A DNA stretch of 64,000 bases from a virus, in IMG/VR virus record IMGVR_UViG_3300029258_003681. One strand, given 5' to 3'. A model generated the notes under the pieces. That model was not told the origin of the DNA. It worked only from the letters and a program-made list of their open reading frames with translations, and did no database searches. This document shows positions 58,350-64,000 of this stretch, piece after piece (the stretch's first letter is position 1; the number at the start of each line of letters is the position of its first letter). A program made the translations under genes and the position numbers.

Positions 58350-58562
58350 ATGACTAGAGACGAGGTGGCGGCCCTGGTCCACCGTGTGGCGCGGGAGGTT
58401 GTTGGGGGCCTGGGCATTGTAGATCCTGAGAGGGTCGACGACAGGGCCGTTGGGCTGGCCTACGATCGCTTGTGGGAGGTGGACAAGCTCGCGGTTGAGC
58501 TGCATACCGATCGGTTCAAGGTGAAGTCGGCTCTTCAATTGGCTGCGAGGGATTGTGCATGA
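58350..58562 (+). CDS. Small hypothetical protein
   Basis: RBS GGAGGAG. Confidence 0.6.
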   Translation: MTRDEVAALVHRVAREVVGGLGIVDPERVDDRAVGLAYDRLWEVDKLAVELHTDRFKVKSALQLAARDCA

Positions 58563-59128
58563 AGCGTTTTGACAGGCGCCCGATGGACCGTTTTGTGCGA
58601 GTGATTCCTTCGGAGATCTCTCCTTGTGTGTTTTTGGATGACAAGCCTCCTCTAGAAGAGATGATGACCCGTGCCGAGGCGTTATATTTGTATGAGATCT
58701 GGATTGATCCGTTGGAGCATCGCTACAAGGATCCGTGTTTTATTCATACCGAGTATGGGGCAGTGCGGGTCAAGGCGGACCCTGTAATTCCTGACAAGGA
58801 TCAGGTCTTGTTACGGAAGCTTGTAGTGCTTGTTGAGCATCCGTCGTCGAATCCTCACGAGCGAGAGAATGCGAAGAAACGGATCGAGGAGATTGGTGTC
58901 CGCTTAGAGGAAGAGATGGATCTGGAGTTTTTGAATATCGATCGCAAGGAGCTGTATCTCGACAACTTTGAAATATTGTGCGAGGGGAGATGTGGTTTAC
59001 TCCAGGGGGATATGCACGAGGCATTGTTTGTCTATGCTCGGACGTCTGAGGAAGCGGATGAATGGATGAATGTGGCGCAATTCTCGGCCGATAACTATGT
59101 GAAGATCCCGAGGAGGTTGACGGCATGA
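58553..59128 (+). CDS. Hypothetical protein
   Basis: Overlapping operon structure. Confidence 0.6.
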   Translation: MCMKRFDRRPMDRFVRVIPSEISPCVFLDDKPPLEEMMTRAEALYLYEIWIDPLEHRYKDPCFIHTEYGAVRVKADPVIPDKDQVLLRKLVVLVEHPSSNPHERENAKKRIEEIGVRLEEEMDLEFLNIDRKELYLDNFEILCEGRCGLLQGDMHEALFVYARTSEEADEWMNVAQFSADNYVKIPRRLTA

Positions 59129-61080
59129 AGGATGAAATAATTCTCAAGGAAAAAGTCGCCGAAGAGATGCCACGGGAGTCCAGGGAGGAGGATCCATCTG
59201 TCGGAAAATGGTACTGGATTACTGATGATGACGGCGATCGATGGCTTGGTTGCGTTACGCATATGGGCTCGAACTATGTCAAGATGACAAGTACTTATGG
59301 GGGGGATAGACGGATCCATTTTGACAACTTTTGGAAGTGGTGTGAGTACGTTCCAGATGCGTTGGAAATTGTCCACGAGAAGACGGAGGAGTGTCGGGCG
59401 AGGATTGGCGAACTGACGAATGAAGTGCAACTGCTCACATCGAGACTTGGCGTGGCTCCGTCCTTGGCGCTATCGGAGAGATCTGACACGGAGGCTCTGG
59501 CGGTTCGAGCGGGTGAGCCGATGCCAGAATATCGCGAAGCTCTGGTGAAGGCCAAGAAGGATAAGTTGCCTGCGTTGTTTGAAGAGATCAAGAAGACCAG
59601 CGAGAAAATGGAGAGGTGGCTCAAGGCCGAGGCGATCCCTCTGAAGGCTGCTCGTGACAAGATGGATTCTCTTATCAACAGTGTGGATCGTCGAATTCTT
59701 GCGGTCGATTTGTACGCGGGGTTGAGCGAGGAGGCGGCGCTCGTTCGGGATGGCGAGCCAGCGGAGATGACCGAGCCTATTCGTTTGTTGCAGCGCAGGC
59801 ATTATATGGACGAAGAATGTCTGGCTCAATATCGACATGGCGGCATGGAATTCAAGGACATCGAGGCTTTCGATGGGTGGCTTGCTTCAGACGAGAATCG
59901 AGAGCGAATCCTACCATTTCCACGGTGTATGGTGGCGTTCCAGGTTCGTCGTAAGAGAAAGGAGCGTCATGGCTCTTCGCTATCTGACTTCATCAGGATT
60001 ATGGAATTGGAGAAGCTTGACACTGTGACTTTTCTTTATATTCGCAACGGTGATCAGGTTTGGCGTGTAAATACGAAGATTGATTTCGGCGAGAGGCTGT
60101 TTCCCGACAGCGATCGTCAGCTCATTTCTAGCGGAAATAAATTATGGGCGAAGGTTGATTGGAAGGGAGTAAAAGGCTTTATATCCGATGATAGGTATCG
60201 ATATTTACGGGAGGAAGATGCGCGTAATCTTTGGGCGTGGCGGGCGGAAAAAAAGAAGTGGGATGCGGAGGAAGCAGCAGGGATGGGCAGGGATGATCAT
60301 AGTTTTTTTCCTCCGAGCCGTCCTGACAGACAGAGCGAGGATTATCGAGCGTTTGTTCCTGATGATCTCTATTACGATGATATGATGACGAAGCTCAGTA
60401 ATGATATCGAAGAGCACAATCGAGTTGTGATGATTCTCCAGGGCTTGATTGATCGCTCGGAGGTTTTGCATCCTCATCCACCCTGGAAGATCTGGACGGC
60501 GGATGGTTTTCAGCAGGCGATTCGATTGGTTTACGATCAGGATCGAGCGTTGGTTGCTGGGGAGAAGCCCGATTTTGAAGCATATCGCAAGAAGTTGAAC
60601 GAGTCGCTCGGGGTGGGATCTATTACGATCGGTCAGGAGAGGGCGTGGATGATCAAGGAGGCAAAACGGGAGAATGCGCGGAGGGATAGAAATTGGCGCA
60701 GGAGGGATGAGCGGTATGTTAAATTGTACTCACCGTATGGCAATCCTGGCCCTGGGTATTTGGCCGAGGTTGTGAAGTTTATGCCTCGTGCGAGGAAGTG
60801 TACCTACCACTGGAAGCGCGACCGCCTTACCTATGATTACAGTTCATGGGGGCGCGAGAAGGATCCGCACATTCATGCGCAGATTACTTGCAAGGATACA
60901 GACTTGATAAACGTGAGTGCATACAAGCCTGGGGATTTCAGGAGGTTTTTTGACGATCCGAGGACGCGCGCTGAGTATCTGGAGTGGGCTCCCATGCTGC
61001 TGATGGCCGAGGAGTACCACGCTGGCAACAGGACGGTCGGCACTGGAAAGGGGTCTAAGGAGGATAATGATGGGGATTGA
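59125..61080 (+). CDS. Large hypothetical protein (651 aa), coiled-coil N-terminal half
   Basis: Long charged ORF; no family recognised. Confidence 0.75.
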   Translation: MKDEIILKEKVAEEMPRESREEDPSVGKWYWITDDDGDRWLGCVTHMGSNYVKMTSTYGGDRRIHFDNFWKWCEYVPDALEIVHEKTEECRARIGELTNEVQLLTSRLGVAPSLALSERSDTEALAVRAGEPMPEYREALVKAKKDKLPALFEEIKKTSEKMERWLKAEAIPLKAARDKMDSLINSVDRRILAVDLYAGLSEEAALVRDGEPAEMTEPIRLLQRRHYMDEECLAQYRHGGMEFKDIEAFDGWLASDENRERILPFPRCMVAFQVRRKRKERHGSSLSDFIRIMELEKLDTVTFLYIRNGDQVWRVNTKIDFGERLFPDSDRQLISSGNKLWAKVDWKGVKGFISDDRYRYLREEDARNLWAWRAEKKKWDAEEAAGMGRDDHSFFPPSRPDRQSEDYRAFVPDDLYYDDMMTKLSNDIEEHNRVVMILQGLIDRSEVLHPHPPWKIWTADGFQQAIRLVYDQDRALVAGEKPDFEAYRKKLNESLGVGSITIGQERAWMIKEAKRENARRDRNWRRRDERYVKLYSPYGNPGPGYLAEVVKFMPRARKCTYHWKRDRLTYDYSSWGREKDPHIHAQITCKDTDLINVSAYKPGDFRRFFDDPRTRAEYLEWAPMLLMAEEYHAGNRTVGTGKGSKEDNDGD

Positions 61081-61465
61081 GTCTTTGATTGGAAAGAGAA
61101 GAGCGCAAAATATCAGGTGGGCCTTGGCGTTCATTCGCGAGGATGATTGGTTGTTTGACTACATCGAAGAGTTGCGCTCTGTGCGCACGTTGACGCTTGC
61201 AAATGGAACGGTGGTGCGCGTAGGGGATGTGCTTGTTACAGAGCGTGGGTATGTTTGGCTCATTACGGCGATCGGGGAGCGGTTGGCGATGGGTAGGATC
61301 ATCGAACGGAACGGCGAGCCTGCGAAGCATGATAGTTATACCCACGAACAACTGCTCGATTTGGCTGGTACACTGCTGCCCAATAAAGGTGAGCACTACT
61401 GGCGCCTTTGGTCGGAGGCATATCCCGATCGGCCTGTTCCGTCTGGGTCGAAAATTTCCTCTTGA
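61067..61465 (+). CDS. Hypothetical protein
   Basis: RBS AAGGAGG. Confidence 0.6.
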   Translation: MMGIESLIGKRRAQNIRWALAFIREDDWLFDYIEELRSVRTLTLANGTVVRVGDVLVTERGYVWLITAIGERLAMGRIIERNGEPAKHDSYTHEQLLDLAGTLLPNKGEHYWRLWSEAYPDRPVPSGSKISS

Positions 61466-61490
61466 CTTCCTGGGAAAGCATCTCCATCAT
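61462..61490 (+). promoter_or_regulatory. Sigma70-like promoter for tRNA cluster 2
   Basis: TTGACT-17 nt-CATCAT. Confidence 0.45.
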
Positions 61491-61643
61491 TAGGGGCAGG
61501 AGACGAAAAATGGAAAAGCGTATCAAAAAAAGAAATCCGATGATTCGTAACGCGACCCCTACCACTGTGACCGCTCGGTTATGGTGTTCGTCCCTTCATT
61601 TGTATTCATCCCTACTCTTTAGTTAAGCCGCCTCCCTCAGTTC

Positions 61644-61732
61644 GGGGGATTGGCTGAATTGGCAAAGCGGCGCCCTGGAACGGCGTAGCCTGCGTTTTTG
61701 ATGCAGTCCAGGTTCGAATCCTGGATCCTCCG
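61644..61732 (+). tRNA. trnS: tRNA-Ser(GGA)
   Basis: GCGCC-CTGGAAC-GGCGT; long variable arm. Confidence 0.85.
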
Positions 61733-61734
61733 CA

Positions 61735-61750
61735 GCGAACTGGAGTTCGC
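61735..61750. repeat. Dispersed palindrome GCGAACTGGAGTTCGC (inverted orientation)
   Basis: 2 nt after tRNA-Ser(GGA). Confidence 0.85.
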
Positions 61751-61753
61751 GGG

Positions 61754-61993
61754 ATGACGAGAACGATGAAAAAGAAGAATGCCAGATACAAACAGTGCTT
61801 GATCGGTCGGGAGACCGCTCGGTGGACCGCGTGGATCCCCGAGGCGCTGGCACGTGTCGGCAAGGTGATTGTGCCGAAGGGTGAAGGGCCTGCGTTGGTT
61901 TTGGAGGCTTACAGGGGCATTGCGCTTCGTCACGATGAATTGATGGATTTCTCGGAGGAGTACAAACATCACCGAGGAAGGACGGATATTTAA
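61754..61993 (+). CDS. Small hypothetical protein inside the tRNA cluster
   Basis: Exactly fills the gap between two tRNA-Ser genes. Confidence 0.55.
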   Translation: MTRTMKKKNARYKQCLIGRETARWTAWIPEALARVGKVIVPKGEGPALVLEAYRGIALRHDELMDFSEEYKHHRGRTDI

Positions 61994-61995
61994 AA

Positions 61996-62080
61996 TGAGG
62001 ATTGACAGAGTTGGAATTGTGCCCGCCTCGAAAGCGGTGGCCGTCGTAATGGCGCGGGGGTTCGAATCCCTCATCCTCAG
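61996..62080 (+). tRNA. trnS: tRNA-Ser(CGA)
   Basis: CCGC-CTCGAAA-GCGG; long variable arm. Confidence 0.85.
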
Positions 62081-62082
62081 CT

Positions 62083-62158
62083 GTGGCCGTAGCTCAAGTT
62101 TTGGTAGAGCGCGGGATTGTGGCTCCCGTGGTTGGGGATTCGAATTCCCTCGGTCACT
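62083..62158 (+). tRNA. trnH: tRNA-His(GTG)
   Basis: CGGGA-TTGTGGC-TCCCG. Confidence 0.85.
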
Positions 62159-62163
62159 CAACA

Positions 62164-62253
62164 GGAGGACTGGCAGAATTGGCATTGCGTCGGTCTTGAA
62201 AACCGTGGCTGTCCGTAAGCGCGGGCATGTGGGTTCGAATCCCACGTCCTCCT
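62164..62253 (+). tRNA. trnS: tRNA-Ser(TGA)
   Basis: CGGT-CTTGAAA-ACCG; long variable arm. Confidence 0.9.
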
Positions 62254-62258
62254 CTGAA

Positions 62259-62331
62259 GTCTCGGTGGCCGAGAGGCAAGGCATTCGGTTGCAACCCGAA
62301 ATGGACGTCGGTTCGACTCCGATCCGAGACT
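62259..62331 (+). tRNA. trnC: tRNA-Cys(GCA)
   Basis: TTCGG-TTGCAAC-CCGAA; U73. Confidence 0.9.
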
Positions 62332-62334
62332 CAA

Positions 62335-62419
62335 GGAAGACTGCGCGAACGGTAAGCGACCGCACTGCTAATGCGAGGTCATCTGAAAGGGTGTGGGGGT
62401 TCGAATCCTCCGTCTTCCG
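62335..62419 (+). tRNA. trnS: tRNA-Ser(GCT)
   Basis: CGCA-CTGCTAA-TGCG; long variable arm. Confidence 0.9.
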
Positions 62420-62425
62420 CCGTAG

Positions 62426-62499
62426 GGGTGAGTGGTGTAATGGCAACACGCGTGGCCCCAGACCACGTTCTCAGGGTTCGAATCCTTGCTCACCTGCCA
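62426..62499 (+). tRNA. trnW: tRNA-Trp(CCA), CCA encoded
   Basis: CGTGG-CCCCAGA-CCACG. Confidence 0.85.
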
Positions 62500-62565
62500 G
62501 AAAAATGATTTTGCGCTGCAAGATTCGGCTCTGGCGGGTGGTACAATGGTGGCAGGAGGTAAGAG

Positions 62566-62730
62566 ATGGAGTGGAAAAACATGACGGAAGAGGAGAAGTT
62601 GAAATTGGCCGAGCAGACACAATCTGTATTGAAAACGATGACGAAAGAAGAAGAGGAGCGATTGAAGTCCTTGTTCAACATCGAGGAGGAAGATGCGCCC
62701 ATGGTCCAACGGCAGAGGCATCAGATTTAA
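62566..62730 (+). CDS. Small acidic protein (54 aa) overlapping tRNA-Leu(TAA)
   Basis: RBS AGGAGG; translated by hand; stop codon coincides with the tRNA anticodon. Confidence 0.45.
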   Translation: MEWKNMTEEEKLKLAEQTQSVLKTMTKEEEERLKSLFNIEEEDAPMVQRQRHQI

Positions 62731-62767
62731 GATCTGAGGGTTCCAGGTTCGAATCCTGGTGGGCGTA
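62695..62767 (+). tRNA. trnL: tRNA-Leu(TAA), short variable loop
   Basis: TCAGA-TTTAAGA-TCTGA. Confidence 0.85.
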
Positions 62768-62771
62768 CCGA

Positions 62772-62844
62772 GCGACTGTGGCCCAACGGCAGAGGCGTCG
62801 GTTTCAAGAACCGAAAGTTGGTGGTTCGAATCCACTCAGTCGTA
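62772..62844 (+). tRNA. trnL: tRNA-Leu(CAA), short variable loop
   Basis: TCGGT-TTCAAGA-ACCGA. Confidence 0.85.
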
Positions 62845-62849
62845 CTCAT

Positions 62850-62922
62850 GGGAGGGTACCCCAACGGCAGAGGGGTCCGGTTGAGGGCCGGTTCAGTGAG
62901 GGTTCGAATCCCTCCTCTCCCA
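62850..62922 (+). tRNA. trnL: tRNA-Leu(GAG), short variable loop
   Basis: CCGG-TTGAGGG-CCGG. Confidence 0.8.
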
Positions 62923-62930
62923 CAAAATAT

Positions 62931-63001
62931 GGCTTCGTAGCTGAGGGGTTTAGCACTGGCCTGAAGAGCCGGAGACACTGGGTCGACTCCAGTCGAAGCC
63001 A
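62931..63001 (+). tRNA. trnF: tRNA-Phe(GAA)
   Basis: CTGGC-CTGAAGA-GCCGG. Confidence 0.85.
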
Positions 63002-63084
63002 CCGAGATATCAATTTGTCACATTTTGATATCAAATTGATACATGCAATAGCATGCGATTATATGCTGGAGCATGTCGTTATAT

Positions 63085-63161
63085 GCCCGCGTAGGCCAAT
63101 TGGCAGAGTCGTTCGGTTCAGGACCGAAATGTTGGTGGTTCGAGTCCACTCGCGGGTACCA
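63085..63161 (+). tRNA. trnL: tRNA-Leu(CAG), short variable loop, CCA encoded
   Basis: TTCGG-TTCAGGA-CCGAA. Confidence 0.85.
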
Positions 63162-63162
63162 T

Positions 63163-63249
63163 GGGAAGTGATTTAAGGCAGGCTGGGCCTGCGATGGGCT
63201 GTAACCCCGTTCCTCCACGAGGCGAGTGGTTCGATTCCACCGCTTCCCA
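63163..63249 (+). tRNA. trnY: tRNA-Tyr(GTA), atypical D-arm
   Basis: ATGGG-CTGTAAC-CCCGT; variable arm CCTC-CAC-GAGG; extra nucleotides before the D-stem. Confidence 0.7.
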
Positions 63250-63729
63250 CTACATGAAGATCTTTTTGAGCGTAGCGCGTAGGATGCTCTTGTCGGTTCC
63301 TTTGTTGAGCGCCAGGGCGTCTGTGACCTGTTGCTCGATCGGTTCGTCTCCAAGGCAATAGTAGTTCTGGGTATCTCCCGTGGCAGGACTTGTGGCGAGT
63401 TCGAGAAGAAGGGCGAGATCCAGGATGTCAGACTCGATTTCGAATATTAGAGCTGCACGTGCTTCTTCTCTGGTTTGGTAGATGGAGAGATCATCGTAGT
63501 CGAATCGGTATGGTACTTTTTCTTTGTTGATGGGGTCGTCGATTACGATTCCTTCTGCCGCGAGGTATGTTCCAACGGAGGGGATCTCTCTCTCTGTGAC
63601 TTTGGTGACCTCTAGCGTCTGGATTGCTCCTTCTCCTGTGTTTGACTGCAAGTCGGTGGCGTAGGCTGTTATCCCAGGCTTCAGCCAGTCCATGTTTCTT
63701 TCTTCGTCAGCCGTGTGTCGTTTGATCAT
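63250..63729 (-). CDS. Hypothetical acidic protein
   Basis: Convergent minus-strand operon; likely start MDWLKPG. Confidence 0.6.
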   Translation of the reverse strand: MIKRHTADEERNMDWLKPGITAYATDLQSNTGEGAIQTLEVTKVTEREIPSVGTYLAAEGIVIDDPINKEKVPYRFDYDDLSIYQTREEARAALIFEIESDILDLALLLELATSPATGDTQNYYCLGDEPIEQQVTDALALNKGTDKSILRATLKKIFM

Positions 63730-63739
63730 TTTTTCTCCT

Positions 63740-63994
63740 TTACTCGGTGAATTCGATATAGTGTTTTTTTAGGCATTTGCGGACAATATTTGTGGCTTCG
63801 TCGCTTCCTAGCATCCTTTTCAATCCACGCATTGACCACCATGTTGCAACATCGCGGAGCTTCTTGACGTTCATGTTTTTCAGAGGCACCATGATGTTCT
63901 TTGGGAGTCTTGCGTCCTCGATCGATATATTTTGGAACGCATCCATTCCTTTTTTTCGAAGATTGATGACTCGGTATCCTGGGTCCGACTCCAT
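63740..63994 (-). CDS. Hypothetical basic protein
   Basis: Minus-strand operon at the window end. Confidence 0.55.
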   Translation of the reverse strand: MESDPGYRVINLRKKGMDAFQNISIEDARLPKNIMVPLKNMNVKKLRDVATWWSMRGLKRMLGSDEATNIVRKCLKKHYIEFTE

Positions 63995-64000
63995 CAGACG

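Noticed and set aside
61995-63176. 393-aa ORF and other ORFs across the tRNA clusters
   Set aside because: They overlap tandem tRNA genes and are spurious reading frames.

Overview
This window is part of a large contractile-tailed (myovirus-like, probably jumbo) phage genome, almost all on the + strand. It holds a methyltransferase/glycosyltransferase pair and a complete tail module: sheath, two tubes, a chaperone with a -1 frameshift site, tape measure, LysM/hub/spike/gp25/J baseplate, giant Cys-rich fibre, collagen-like protein and wedge/fibre proteins. It also holds a holin and an amidase endolysin, two tRNA clusters (28 tRNAs plus one D-armless tRNA-like RNA) and two clusters of small genes sharing an N-terminal M[RK]x[LI][IL]E leader, likely capsid-packaged cargo. 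The standout is a minus-strand island (23.6-28.9 kb). It carries a nuclease-less IS110/Nop-domain protein (TasA-like, with an extra ~85-aa Cys-containing insertion). Directly downstream lies a ~2 kb array of ~54 37-nt units in which two short repeats (GAAAGAAACA and GATCGCAGACA) alternate with variable ~8-nt spacers. This is the architecture of a TIGR-Tas RNA-guided system; a 58-aa acidic ORF sits directly upstream of the TasA-like gene. A 16-bp palindrome (GCGAACTnnAGTTCGC) recurs at eight or more gene junctions. All calls come from reading the sequence by eye; no database search was run.
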